From Myxococcota bacterium (lineage in GTDB: Bacteria > Myxococcota_A > Polyangia > Nannocystales > Nannocystaceae): DNA of 64,000 nt. Under the pieces are notes generated by a model, which saw only the letters and a program-made list of their open reading frames with translations, ran no database searches and was not told the DNA's origin. Within the stretch, counting starts at the first letter, position 1. Every line of letters starts with the position of its first letter. A program made the position numbers and the translations under genes. The stretch is taken from NCBI GenBank assembly GCA_039028615.1, contig JBCCHT010000045.1:34158-98157 (forward strand). The letters are read 5' to 3'. Below, piece by piece: positions 1 to 11,299 of this stretch.

Positions 1-5
1 TATTC

Positions 6-2015
6 GTGCTTGGGTTGGCTCTCGGAGCCTGTAGAGAAGACACCACCGCGGCGACCGGAAGCGGTGGCTCGGGGACGGAGGGCGAGCCCACCGCGGGCGG
101 CTCCGCGGACGAGGGGCTCGACTCCACGGCCGAGGGCGGAGCAACCGAAGGCGACGACGTGGGCGGGGCCTGTGTCAGCGATGCCGATTGCGAAGACGAC
201 GACCCGTGTCGGCCGCAAAGCTGCAACGCGGGCACCTGCGAGGCCGGTGAGTTCCAGGTCTCGCTGGAGTGTCGGCCGCAGATCGAGGTCGAGTTCCCGC
301 CGCGTGCGGCCACCCTGCAGGCCGACTCGCCCACCGTCACCGTCACGGGGCGCGTGCACAGCCCGGCCGGGCCCATCGAGTTCCTCAGCCTCAACGGCGA
401 AGACGTCACGGTCGACGACGACGGCAGCTTCAGCCACGACGTGGTGGCCCAGACCGGCGGCAATACCCTGGTCTTCGAGACCGCCGACTCGGAGAAGACG
501 CCGCGCAAGCGCGTGCAGTCGTTTCTGTGGTCGACCAACTTCCGGCTCCCCACCACCGCGCCCGAGGGCATCGCGGACGACGGCTTGGCGCTCTACCTGT
601 CGCAGGAGACCCTCGACGACCAAGACCGCACGCCGCCCATCGACGACGTCGCTTCGCTGCTGAGCCTGGCGGTGGAGAACTTCGACATCAATTCCTTCAT
701 CGACCCCACCACGTCGATCGCCAGCTCGGCCGGCTACGACGTGTACCTCACCAGCATCGACTACGAGTCCACGTCGCTGGCGATCAACGCGATCGACGGA
801 GGCATGGAGGTCGTGGCGCGGCTCAACGACATCACGGGCGATCTCGACTTCGACTGCACCAACGCGGCGTGCTTCTTCGCGGGGGGCGACGGCAGTGGAG
901 GCTTGTCCGTCAACTACATCGAGGTGCGCTCCGACTTGATCGTCGAGGTCGGCCCCGACAACCAGCTCGAGGTCACGCCCACCGGGACATCCACCAACGT
1001 CAACTCGCTCAACATCTGGTCCAACAACCTATGGACCAACTTCCTGCTGGCGATCATCGAGCCCTTCATCATCGGCGGGGTGGTCAACGACCTCGAGAAC
1101 GAGCTCACCTCGCAGATCAACGGCTTGCTCGGGCCCGCGCTTTCCGAGGCGTTCGGGGGCCTTGCGCCCAACACCAACCTCAGCTTCCCGAACCTCGGCG
1201 ATCCCAAGGCGCCGATCGACGTGCAGCTGGTGGCCGACTTCCTCGACACCGATTTCCACGATGGCGGGGCGCCGCCCGATCCCTCGCCGCCGCAGGGGGG
1301 CATGATCCTCATGCGGGGCGGGGGCTATGCCGTCACTCCCGTCGCGCCGCACAAGAACCTCGGCATTCCCGACCGAGCGGGCTGTGGTGACGGTACCAGC
1401 GGGCTCGACCTGCCGCGCGAGGCCCTGCTGGAGCTCGGCCTCGGCGACGACATGCTCAACCAGCTGCTCCACGGGGCGTGGACGGGCGGGTTGCTCGAGT
1501 TCGATCTGCCGCCCGAGCTGCTGGGCGAAGGCGGGCTGGTCAGCGACCTCGACATCCACATCAGCGGCATGCTCTCGCCCACGGCCTCCGACTGCTATCC
1601 CGACGGGCAGATCCGGGTGCACCTGGGCGACATCCAGATCGAAGGCGGACTCACCCTCGGCGTGCTGCCGATGACCTTCGTGGCCTACACCAGCTTGGTG
1701 GCGGGCCTGGAGCTGTCACCGACCAAGAGCGGGGTGGGCATCTCGATCACCGAGGTCGAGATGGTCGACACCGAGCTGACGGTCGGCGAAGACGAAGCGC
1801 TCGAGCAGGAAGCCCTGGTGGCGGCCACGCTCGAGGGGCAGCTGGTCAGCGCGCTCGTCGATGCCATCGGCGGTGGTGGGTTGGGGGGCATCGACCTGCC
1901 GCCCATCGACCTCAGTGCGACGCTGGGTCTACCGCCGGGCACCGCTGCGCTCACCGTGGTCGCCGAAGAAGTGCACCGCGAGCCGGGCATCACCGTGATC
2001 AGCGGCCGCCTGTGA
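6..2015 (+). CDS. Lipoprotein with Cys-rich motif, Ig-like domain and probable BPI/LBP (TULIP)-like C-terminal region; start may lie upstream of window
   Basis: Lipobox LGAC, Ser/Gly/Thr linker, CVSDADCEDDDPC motif, Ig-like VTVTGRV...FSHDV...GGNTLVFE, and LGLGDDMLNQLLHGAWTGGLLEFDL resembling BPI C-domain. Confidence 0.6.
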   Translation: MLGLALGACREDTTAATGSGGSGTEGEPTAGGSADEGLDSTAEGGATEGDDVGGACVSDADCEDDDPCRPQSCNAGTCEAGEFQVSLECRPQIEVEFPPRAATLQADSPTVTVTGRVHSPAGPIEFLSLNGEDVTVDDDGSFSHDVVAQTGGNTLVFETADSEKTPRKRVQSFLWSTNFRLPTTAPEGIADDGLALYLSQETLDDQDRTPPIDDVASLLSLAVENFDINSFIDPTTSIASSAGYDVYLTSIDYESTSLAINAIDGGMEVVARLNDITGDLDFDCTNAACFFAGGDGSGGLSVNYIEVRSDLIVEVGPDNQLEVTPTGTSTNVNSLNIWSNNLWTNFLLAIIEPFIIGGVVNDLENELTSQINGLLGPALSEAFGGLAPNTNLSFPNLGDPKAPIDVQLVADFLDTDFHDGGAPPDPSPPQGGMILMRGGGYAVTPVAPHKNLGIPDRAGCGDGTSGLDLPREALLELGLGDDMLNQLLHGAWTGGLLEFDLPPELLGEGGLVSDLDIHISGMLSPTASDCYPDGQIRVHLGDIQIEGGLTLGVLPMTFVAYTSLVAGLELSPTKSGVGISITEVEMVDTELTVGEDEALEQEALVAATLEGQLVSALVDAIGGGGLGGIDLPPIDLSATLGLPPGTAALTVVAEEVHREPGITVISGRL

Positions 2016-2040
2016 GGCGGCCGGAACCCCCCGCGCGACA

Positions 2041-2529
2041 CTAGGGCGCGGGGAGTTCTTCGAGGCGCTGCACGACGCACTGGCCGGGGCGATCCAGCGG
2101 AGCCCCGTCGGGACCGATGGGCGCGGATTCCTGGGGGTCCGGCGGCGTCGCCTCCTGCGGGATGCAGCCCACCCGCACTGTTTTGCCCGCCGCGGCCTCG
2201 AGCGCTTCGTGAGTGACGGCCTCGGATGCCCCGAGGACGGTCTCTTCGCCGTCGGCGTGGTGCAGGGTGAACTCCACCCCCATGTAGGCCTCCATGCTCT
2301 TGGTCTGAGGCAGAGGCGTGTACTCGAGCGTGCCCTCGTGCTCGACGCTGCCGTCGGCGGGCTCGGTCTCGTCGGAGCCATCGGGCAGGGGCCACTGTCG
2401 CCCCGACCCTTCGTCACCCGGGGGGGTGGTGCCCGGGGTCGTCGGTGTCGGCTCGGCGCAGCCGGTCCATGCCACTCCGGCGGCGCTCAGGGTGAACACG
2501 AAGGGAAGACAGCGGCACAACGATTTCAT
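2041..2529 (-). CDS. Hypothetical lipoprotein
   Basis: ATG 2529 (MKSLCRC...), hydrophobic signal ending WTGC, Pro/Thr linker, GC3-rich frame. Confidence 0.6.
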   Translation of the reverse strand: MKSLCRCLPFVFTLSAAGVAWTGCAEPTPTTPGTTPPGDEGSGRQWPLPDGSDETEPADGSVEHEGTLEYTPLPQTKSMEAYMGVEFTLHHADGEETVLGASEAVTHEALEAAAGKTVRVGCIPQEATPPDPQESAPIGPDGAPLDRPGQCVVQRLEELPAP

Positions 2530-2651
2530 CGGCGCCGCGATCGTAGCCAAATGCGTGAGCAAGCGGGGGCCCACGATGAGCCAGTGGCCACGACGCCCGT
2601 TTCGGAGGCAGCGGTTGTAGCCAGGGCACGGGTGTCAGGCCGCGGACCTAA

Positions 2652-2885
2652 GTGCCCGTGGTGACGTCATTTTCCCTCCAGGTCGAAGATGGCAGCCCAC
2701 TTGCTCTTATGGCGGGCGCACACACACTCCAAATCACGAGCGCCGCGAATGGTCGCGGTGGTCGAGATTCCACGAGTGATGCGAGGCCGGGGGCGGCTTC
2801 GCACCGTGATCCTCGTGGGGCCATGACATCGGGGGCGTTGTCGTGGCTCCGCGAGGACCACCCCTTTTCAGGGGTGGGCCTTTTT

Positions 2886-2886
<1 letters not shown>
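2652..2886 (+). ncRNA. Candidate structured non-coding RNA of unknown family
   Basis: Closing stem 2652-2670/2823-2838, hairpins 2732-2769 and 2770-2818 with G-U pairs on + strand, followed by + strand terminator; both flanking genes are on - strand. Confidence 0.45.
2854..2886 (+). terminator. Intrinsic terminator
   Basis: CCACCCCT-TTTC-AGGGGTGG stem extended by AGG/CCT, then T6. Confidence 0.7.
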
Positions 2887-4193
<1,307 letters not shown>

Positions 4194-4393
4194 GGCAGGG
4201 TCCTCGAGCGAGACGCTGGGTAGACCCAACGTACCTGCGGCGGGGGCGGTCTGTTCCCGGACGGGCCGGGGGCCGGAGATCCACCGGCCTAGGCATCGTT
4301 TGTCGACCAGATCGAGCCCCCTCGCAAGACCAGGCCTGCTCGCGGGCTGCGCGGCGCGGCGCGGGCGCGTCCATGTTATATCTGCCGCCGAAC

Positions 4394-6430
4394 ATGGCGG
4401 GAAACGGCAACGATCTCGGTCCCTGCCCCTTTTGCGGTGAGCACCACCCCGACACGGTGTTGCTGTGTCCCAATGCCGAGAAACTGCTGCCCCTCGAGGG
4501 CCGGGTTCTCGATGGCAAGTTTCGCTTCGTTCGCATGCTGGGCGAGGGCGGCATGGGGGCGGTCTGGAAGGCCGAGAACACCCTCGTCAAGAAGACCGTC
4601 GCCATCAAGCTGATGCACGTCCAGTTCTCGAAGGACGAGGGCGTGCTCGCTCGGTTCCGCAACGAGGCGACGGCGGCCGGACGCATCGGCAGCGAGCACA
4701 TCTGCGACATCCTCGACCTCGGGCGCAGTGATCTCGGCCCCTACATCGTCATGGAGATGCTGCGAGGCCGAGACCTCGCCGGTTTCCTCCAGCAACGCCA
4801 GGGCAACGTGGTGCCCGGCCTCACCGTGCTCATCATCCGCGAGGCGCTCAAGGGCCTCGCCGCGGCGCACAAGGTCGGGATCATCCACCGCGACCTGAAA
4901 CCCGAGAACATCTTCTTGCACGAGCCCAAGCCGGGGCAGCTGCTGGTCAAGCTCATGGACTTCGGGATCTCGAAGTTCACCGAGGGCTCCGAGGCGGGCA
5001 AGACCGGCATGGGCGTGCTGATGGGGACGCCGGAGTACATGTCGCCCGAGCAGACGGAAGGCGCGGCGTCGGTCGACCTGCGCACCGACATCTGGGCGAT
5101 GGGCGTCATCATGTACTGGGCGCTGTCGGGGCGGAATCCGTTCCTCGGCCCCACCATGGCCGCGACTCTGGTCAACGTCAGCACCCGCGAGCCGCCGCCC
5201 TTGCAGGCGCTGTCCGGCACGCTCGACCCGAACCTCGTGGCGATCATCGCCAAGTGTCTGCACAAGAACCCCGCCGATCGCTGGGCCTCGTGCGACGAGC
5301 TTTCGGCTGCGCTGGCGCCCTTCGAAAACCGCAACAACGGCGTGTACACGGTGGCCACAGACGGGAGCAGCCCGACCGGGCCCGGTCGCACGGTGGCCTC
5401 GGCGAGCACGCCCACGCCTCCGCCGGGGTCGACGGTGGCTTCGCCCTCGGGCATCCCGATGAGCCCCACCGGTATGCCGTCGCCGACGGGTGCTCCTCCT
5501 TCGCCGACCGGCAGCGGGGCGTCGCCCACGGTGGTCGGTGGTTCGCCCACCGGACCGGGCGGCGGAGGCCAGACCTGGGCGCCCGGGTTCCAGGGCGCGG
5601 CCCCTTCGGCACCCACCGTGGGCGGGGCTTCTTCGTTCTCGCTCTCCGATGATCAGCTCGATCGCCGACCCGACAGCTCCCTCGGGGGCAGCAGCAAGAC
5701 CGGGATGATCGTCTTGATCATCGTCCTGCTCGGGATCCTCGGCGGCGGTGGTTGGTTCGCGTATCAGAAGTTCGGCAAGGGCGGCACAGACACCGCCGCC
5801 AAGGTCGAGGAACCGGCGGCCGCGGATGCGGGCGCCTCGGCTACGCCGGCCGGCGGCGATGCCCCGGGTGAGTCCGGTTCGGCCGCGGTCGCGGGCGGGA
5901 CCGGAGGCGCGGCGGAGGCCAGCGGCGGTACCCCCGCGGGCAACGACGAGGCCGGGGCTGGCTCCACGAGCGGCGCTGCAGCGGGAGAGACTGCGGCCGG
6001 CGAATCCACGGGCGGAGTTGCACCAGCCGGCGACGACGCGGCCGCCGACACGGGCGCGGCCGCAGACGACGGAGGCAGCGCGGACGACGGGGGAAAGACC
6101 ACGGGAGGCGGGGGAAACAACCGTCCGCCCAAGCCCCAGCTGTCCAAGGTGCAAAAGTCGGGATCGCTGTACGGCACGAAGCGAGGCCGCACGGCGCGGT
6201 CACATTCGGCCGCCAAGGGGGTGTGCAGCTCCCTTCGGTCGAAGAAATTCGCCAATCTCCGCCGTTGGCGTCTGCCGAACCTCAGCGAGGTGAAGCGGTT
6301 CACGCGATCGGCGGGCTCGGGTCGCTACTGGCTGTCCGACGGCCGCCTGTACAACACCCAGACGGGCAATGCAGGGAAGGCACTACGGCTGGGCGGCTCG
6401 GGCGGCTCGGCGCTGTGTGTGTCGTCCTGA
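4394..6430 (+). CDS. Membrane Ser/Thr protein kinase with N-terminal Cys/His zinc-ribbon-like motif and C-terminal DUF1566/Lcl-like extracellular motif
   Basis: GEGGMGAVW, VAIK, HRDLKPEN, DFG, GTPEYMSPEQ, DIWAMG; TM MIVLIIVLLGILGGGGWFAY; C-terminal WRLPNLSEV. Confidence 0.93.
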   Translation: MAGNGNDLGPCPFCGEHHPDTVLLCPNAEKLLPLEGRVLDGKFRFVRMLGEGGMGAVWKAENTLVKKTVAIKLMHVQFSKDEGVLARFRNEATAAGRIGSEHICDILDLGRSDLGPYIVMEMLRGRDLAGFLQQRQGNVVPGLTVLIIREALKGLAAAHKVGIIHRDLKPENIFLHEPKPGQLLVKLMDFGISKFTEGSEAGKTGMGVLMGTPEYMSPEQTEGAASVDLRTDIWAMGVIMYWALSGRNPFLGPTMAATLVNVSTREPPPLQALSGTLDPNLVAIIAKCLHKNPADRWASCDELSAALAPFENRNNGVYTVATDGSSPTGPGRTVASASTPTPPPGSTVASPSGIPMSPTGMPSPTGAPPSPTGSGASPTVVGGSPTGPGGGGQTWAPGFQGAAPSAPTVGGASSFSLSDDQLDRRPDSSLGGSSKTGMIVLIIVLLGILGGGGWFAYQKFGKGGTDTAAKVEEPAAADAGASATPAGGDAPGESGSAAVAGGTGGAAEASGGTPAGNDEAGAGSTSGAAAGETAAGESTGGVAPAGDDAAADTGAAADDGGSADDGGKTTGGGGNNRPPKPQLSKVQKSGSLYGTKRGRTARSHSAAKGVCSSLRSKKFANLRRWRLPNLSEVKRFTRSAGSGRYWLSDGRLYNTQTGNAGKALRLGGSGGSALCVSS

Positions 6431-6567
6431 GCACGGACTCGGCATGAGCCGATCTCCCGCGTTAGTTCGCCAGCGCGCGTTGAGAAGGTCGGCAAGAACA
6501 CGGAGCCTCGTCACGAACGCGTGACGGGGGGCGGCCGGTGGGCCGTGCTACCGTTCGCGTCGCCTCT

Positions 6568-8049
6568 ATGTCTGTCCGAGCTTCGCTTTTCCCCCAGTTT
6601 TTGGCTTTGGCCGCGGCCGGCCTCGCTCTCTCCGCTTGCCCGGGTGACGACGGCAGCGCCACCGGTGGTGGCTCTGGCACCAGCGCGACCTCGTCGAACG
6701 GAACCTCGACTCCGTCGGCGGCGACCGACAACGCGACCTCGAACGTCGACACCACCGTCGCGGCCGAAGGTTCGGGCACCGAAGCGACCGCGACCGATGC
6801 GACCGCGACGGACTCGACCACCACGGGCCAGCCGATGGAGTGCCCGTACACCGAGGTCGAAGGACAGCCGGCCGTCGGCCTCCAAGAGATCGCCAATGGC
6901 TTCGACCGTCCCGTCATCGCCATCGGTCACCCCACCGAGCCCGACCGCATCTTCGTGGCGGAGCAGGGCGGCACGGTTCGCATCCTCGAGCCCGGGGAGA
7001 CCAGCGCGCCCGCCGGGACCTTCCTCGACATCGGCGTCTCGAGCCAGAACTTCATCGGGGCCGAGTTCGGCCTGCTGGGCTTTGCCCTGCACCCCAACTT
7101 CCCCGAGGACGGCCGCGTCTACGTCAACTTCAACCCGCCGGCGGGTAGCGCCGCCGAGCTCCGCACTCGGGTCTCCGAGTTCACCGTCGACGCGGGCAAC
7201 CCCAACCAGGTCGACCCGAGCAGCGAGCGGATCATCATCGATCTGGACCAGCCCGAGGCCAACCACAACGGCGGCATGATCATGTTCGGTGCCGACGGGT
7301 ACCTGTACATCGGCATGGGCGACGGCGGCGGCCAGAACAACCAGTTCGGGGCGGCCCGCAACACGTCCGTCCTGCAGTCGAAGATCCTGCGCATCGACGT
7401 CGAGCCCGACGGCAACGACGACAACCCCGAGGCCTGTGCCGGGTGCGCCGTCCATGGGCCCTTCGACTACACCATTCCCGCCGACAACCCCTTCGTGGGC
7501 AACGCGGCCTTCGCCCCCGAGATCTACGCCTGGGGCGCGCGGAACCCCTGGCGCTTCGCCCAGGACCCCGAGACCGGCCTCATCTACATGGGCGACGTCG
7601 GCCAGAACCAGATCGAGGAGATCACCCTCATCAACGCGGGCGCCGACCTCGGGTGGGACTCGATGGAGGGCACCGACTGCTTCGACGATCCGGGCTGCGA
7701 CCAGTCCGCCGGGCCCAACGAGGTCAACGCCGACGGCATCACCATGCCGATCTTCGAGTACAACCACACCCAGGGCCGCTGCTCGGTGACCGGGCTGTCG
7801 GTCTACCGCTCCTGCGAGGTGCCGGCGTGGGACGGCGTGTACTTCTACGCCGACTACTGCTCGGGTGACATGTACGCGATGGTCTGGGACGGCACCAGCA
7901 CCACCGACCTCGGCAACGTGCTCAGCACCAACGAGCATGTCGTGGGCAACGGCTGGAACGCCTACGGCGACGTGCTGGTGACCACCATGGTCGGCCCCAT
8001 CGGCACCCCGCCGCAGGACGGCGTGCTCTACCGCGTCGCGCCGAACTGA
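6568..8049 (+). CDS. PQQ-dependent sugar dehydrogenase (GSDH family) lipoprotein
   Basis: GLLGFALHPNF, NHNGGMIMFGADGYLYIGMGDGG, KILRIDV, YTIPADNPF, EIYAWGARNPWRF; lipobox LSAC. Confidence 0.9.
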   Translation: MSVRASLFPQFLALAAAGLALSACPGDDGSATGGGSGTSATSSNGTSTPSAATDNATSNVDTTVAAEGSGTEATATDATATDSTTTGQPMECPYTEVEGQPAVGLQEIANGFDRPVIAIGHPTEPDRIFVAEQGGTVRILEPGETSAPAGTFLDIGVSSQNFIGAEFGLLGFALHPNFPEDGRVYVNFNPPAGSAAELRTRVSEFTVDAGNPNQVDPSSERIIIDLDQPEANHNGGMIMFGADGYLYIGMGDGGGQNNQFGAARNTSVLQSKILRIDVEPDGNDDNPEACAGCAVHGPFDYTIPADNPFVGNAAFAPEIYAWGARNPWRFAQDPETGLIYMGDVGQNQIEEITLINAGADLGWDSMEGTDCFDDPGCDQSAGPNEVNADGITMPIFEYNHTQGRCSVTGLSVYRSCEVPAWDGVYFYADYCSGDMYAMVWDGTSTTDLGNVLSTNEHVVGNGWNAYGDVLVTTMVGPIGTPPQDGVLYRVAPN

Positions 8050-8079
8050 GCGCCCGACCCCTAGCGCTCGCGCGCTTCG

Positions 8080-8119
8080 AGAACGTCGCCCGGCTTCGGC
8101 CCGGCGGCGTTCTTTCGTT
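8080..8119 (+). terminator. Intrinsic terminator
   Basis: AGAACGTCGCC-C-GGC-TTCG-GCC-C-GGCGGCGTTCT hairpin then TTCGTT, 30 nt after GSDH stop. Confidence 0.6.
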
Positions 8120-8158
8120 GGTGGGCAAAGGAACCCGAGCCGGGCTCGTGCGTTACCA

Positions 8159-9160
8159 ATGGATGTGCTCCCGCGTCGTGCGTTCGTCCTCTTGGCTCTA
8201 TCCGGCTGCCTGCCCCGCTCCGGGCGGCCCGAAGAGCAGCTCGCCGTCGACCGTGAAACGCGGTCCAAGCCGCGCTCTCGACCCGCCGCCGGCCCTCAGG
8301 CGCGTGGGTCGATGAACTCGGCGGGCAGTGCCAAAGGTGGGGCGCCGCCGCACATCGATTCCGAGGACGTCACGCCGCCCACGGCCGAGAACCTCGAGGC
8401 GCGGGCCGAGGCGCTGCGTGAACGTTACGGCTCCTACGGCTTCTCCGTGGTGGTCGAGCGCCCCTTTGTGGTGCTGGGCGACCAGGGCCCCCGGGAGCTG
8501 CGGCGTCGGGCCGAGGGCACCATTCGCTGGGCGGTGAAGCGGCTCGAGCAGGACTACTTCGACGAGGCGCCGCGCGACATCGTCGAGGTGTGGCTCTTCG
8601 GCGACGACGAGAGCTACCGCAAGCACGCGCGGGCCATCTTCGACGACGAGCCCGACACGCCCTACGGCTACTTCACGCCCACGCACCAGGCGTTGATCAT
8701 GAACATCTCCACCGGGGGCGGCACGCTGGTGCACGAGCTGGTGCACCCTTTCATCGATAGCGATTTCCCGGCCTGCCCTTCGTGGTTCAACGAGGGCCTG
8801 GCTTCGCTGTACGAGCAGTGTCGCGACCAGGATGGGCACATCTGGGGGCTGACCAACTGGCGCTTGGCGGGGCTCCAAGAGGCGATCGAGGCCGGTCGCC
8901 TGCCGTCGTTCTCCACGTTGATGTCCACCACCCGCGACGAGTTCTACGACGAGGACCCGGGCAGCAACTACGCGCAGGCGAGGTACCTGTGCTACGCGCT
9001 CCAAGAGCGCGGGCTGCTGCGTTCCTTCTATCGAGACTATCGGCGCGACGTGGGCCGCGACCCGACCGGCCTGGCGACCCTGCGGGCACACGTTGGCGAC
9101 GACCTCGAGAAGTTCCAACGAAAGTGGGAACGGTGGGTCATGACGCTTCGGTACGGGTGA
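8159..9160 (+). CDS. Gluzincin-type zinc metallopeptidase-like lipoprotein (DUF1570/peptidase MA-like)
   Basis: HELVH plus downstream WFNEGLA, YAQAR motif; lipobox LSGC. Confidence 0.75.
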   Translation: MDVLPRRAFVLLALSGCLPRSGRPEEQLAVDRETRSKPRSRPAAGPQARGSMNSAGSAKGGAPPHIDSEDVTPPTAENLEARAEALRERYGSYGFSVVVERPFVVLGDQGPRELRRRAEGTIRWAVKRLEQDYFDEAPRDIVEVWLFGDDESYRKHARAIFDDEPDTPYGYFTPTHQALIMNISTGGGTLVHELVHPFIDSDFPACPSWFNEGLASLYEQCRDQDGHIWGLTNWRLAGLQEAIEAGRLPSFSTLMSTTRDEFYDEDPGSNYAQARYLCYALQERGLLRSFYRDYRRDVGRDPTGLATLRAHVGDDLEKFQRKWERWVMTLRYG

Positions 9161-9282
9161 ACACGGGCGTGCTCGGTACGCCTCGTGCCGCCGGAATCGA
9201 TGGTTCCCGGTCGGCGTTCACATGTGACGCTCGGTCGTGAATTCGCTACCGAGCCCGTCGCCTTTCGTGATAGCGCGATTGC

Positions 9283-9837
9283 ATGGCTCGTCGACGTACC
9301 TCGTCGTTTCGTCACCTGTTGGCGCTCGTGTTGGTGGGCGGGCTCGGGGGCTTCGCCGTGGGGGTGGGCTGTCACCACGACGACCCCTGCCGCGAAGGCT
9401 CGTGCGGGTGCCGAGGCGGAGGCGACTGCGTGCTCGATTGCCAGGTCTCGCCTTGCGACATCGAGTGCGGCGAGCTCGACCGCTGCGATGCGACCTGCGT
9501 CGACGATTGCCAGGTCGACTGCCACGACCTCGACGACTGCAACCTCGCCTGCGACGAGGACTGCGACATCGAGTGCGATCGCCTGAGCAACTGCGACGCC
9601 AGCTGCGGGGCGCGGTGCCACTACGCATGCAGCGACGTGTCGTCGTGTGAGGTGCAGGTCGGCCCCGACAGCGAGGTCGAGTGCCGCTCGGTGGGGGAGT
9701 GCCGCGTCGATTGCCACGGAGCGTGCCGGGTCGAGTGTGACAACGTCGGCGGCTGCGACGTGCGGTGCTTCGACGAGCAGGGCGAGTCGCTCGGGGATGC
9801 CCGCGAAGACGAGCGCGGCGACCGAATCTGCGACTGA
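9283..9837 (+). CDS. Cysteine-rich repeat lipoprotein
   Basis: Signal ending GVGC, then tandem C-x3-C-x3-C-x5 periodic repeats. Confidence 0.75.
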   Translation: MARRRTSSFRHLLALVLVGGLGGFAVGVGCHHDDPCREGSCGCRGGGDCVLDCQVSPCDIECGELDRCDATCVDDCQVDCHDLDDCNLACDEDCDIECDRLSNCDASCGARCHYACSDVSSCEVQVGPDSEVECRSVGECRVDCHGACRVECDNVGGCDVRCFDEQGESLGDAREDERGDRICD

Positions 9838-9893
9838 GGCCCGCCGGGGGAAATTTCAGGTGCTTTAAGACGTCAGGGACCGCTTCGCGGGCC

Positions 9894-10622
9894 ATGCTCC
9901 ACCGCATGTTCGCTCCGCGCTCCTCGATGACGCACTCTGGCCCGATCTGCAGCTACAAGCCGGTCTACGGCCGATTTGCGCTGTGGGCCGCCCTGTTGGT
10001 CGCGGGCCCCGCGTGCTTCAATCCCGGCCCCAAGCCGCCGTTGGACGAGGGCGGGGACGCGAGCACGGGTGACGGGCAGGAGCCGGGGGCGGAGGATGGC
10101 GGCTCGACCTCGGGCAGCTCGGATGGCGGCGCACCCTCGCAGGCGGAGGCGTGCGAGGCCTACTGCAGCCTGATGGGCGACGTGTGCGATGCCACGCTGC
10201 CGCAATACTCGAGCGAGCTGTCGTGCCTGGCCGTGTGCGAGCGGATGAACCTCGGGACACCCGAGGACGTGCTCGGCAACACGGTCGGCTGCCGTACGCA
10301 CCACGGTCTGCTCGCCTCCGAGAGCCCCGACCCGCACTGCATGCACGCCGGCCCGACGGGCGACGGGACCTGCGGGGCGCCGTGCGAGAGCTTCTGCAGC
10401 CTCGCCCTCACGACGTGTACCGGGGAGCTGTTCCCGTGGCTCGACGCCGAAGATTGCATCGCCGAGTGTCGCGAGTGGCCGGAGGAACCGCGCTACGAGG
10501 CCAACGTGCCCGACGACGCGACCTATGCGTGTCACATGAAGCACCTGACGCTGGCCGCATTGCAGCCCGAGGTGCACTGCAATCACATCGGTCCCGACAC
10601 TCCGGTGTGCGTCGCTCCCTGA
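9894..10622 (+). CDS. Cys/His-rich repeat lipoprotein (start uncertain)
   Basis: Lipobox GPAC; two repeats C..YC/FC...C...CRTHH...HCMHAG and CHMKH...HCNHIG. Confidence 0.7.
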   Translation: MLHRMFAPRSSMTHSGPICSYKPVYGRFALWAALLVAGPACFNPGPKPPLDEGGDASTGDGQEPGAEDGGSTSGSSDGGAPSQAEACEAYCSLMGDVCDATLPQYSSELSCLAVCERMNLGTPEDVLGNTVGCRTHHGLLASESPDPHCMHAGPTGDGTCGAPCESFCSLALTTCTGELFPWLDAEDCIAECREWPEEPRYEANVPDDATYACHMKHLTLAALQPEVHCNHIGPDTPVCVAP

Positions 10623-10874
10623 GAGCGTCGGCCGTTCACGCCGGCCTGCCGAGTGTCACTGTCGGGGGCGAAAATGGGGCGTGTTTTCGGGTCTTGCGGG
10701 GCCCGAACGCGGCCCTCCCGTGATCGCTCGAATCGCCGAATGAGGGCCAAATACGCGGTTCCATGAGGTGATGCGTCCATGCATCGGCCGCTCGCGGAAG
10801 CGCATCGGAGCAAGGGCGGCGCATGGGGAATTCGGGGGTTAGGCTCAGCTCGTCTTCAGCCGAAAAGGGCGAAC

Positions 10875-11273
10875 ATGGACGAGAAAAAGATACCGACTTG
10901 GCTCAATGGGATGACCGTCGCCGTGCTGGCGATGAACTTCGCGGTTTTCGGGGTCTACGCGTTCTTCAGCCCGTTCTCGATCTTCCCCGATCTCAACGAT
11001 GCGGGCGCGTACCCGGTGCGATTCTTCGCCATTCGGCACATCGCATTCTCGCTGCCGCTGCTGCACGGGCTCCTCAAGCAAGACCGCACCGTGCTCGGCA
11101 CCATGTACCACATCTTCTTGGTGATGGCGGTGCTCGACGTGGTGACCATGCCGGTCTACGGCTACGCGTTCCCGTTCCTCGGGCAGTTCTCTCCGGTGGT
11201 GACGGCAGTCATGGGCACTTGTGTGTTCGTCATCCCGATGTTCCTCGCGGTTCGTGCCCTCCGGTCCGAGTAG
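10875..11273 (+). CDS. Small integral membrane protein (about 4 TM, DUF4267-like)
   Basis: ATG 10875 after AAGGG; four hydrophobic segments, FAIRH motif. Confidence 0.7.
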   Translation: MDEKKIPTWLNGMTVAVLAMNFAVFGVYAFFSPFSIFPDLNDAGAYPVRFFAIRHIAFSLPLLHGLLKQDRTVLGTMYHIFLVMAVLDVVTMPVYGYAFPFLGQFSPVVTAVMGTCVFVIPMFLAVRALRSE

Positions 11274-11299
11274 GGACGACAAAGAAAGGGAGGCCCGTG

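Noticed and set aside
2678..2697. CCAGGTCGAAGATGGCAGC resembling SRP RNA helix 8
   Set aside because: Lacks the GNRA-capped stem, the exact AGCA partner and the long flanking helix
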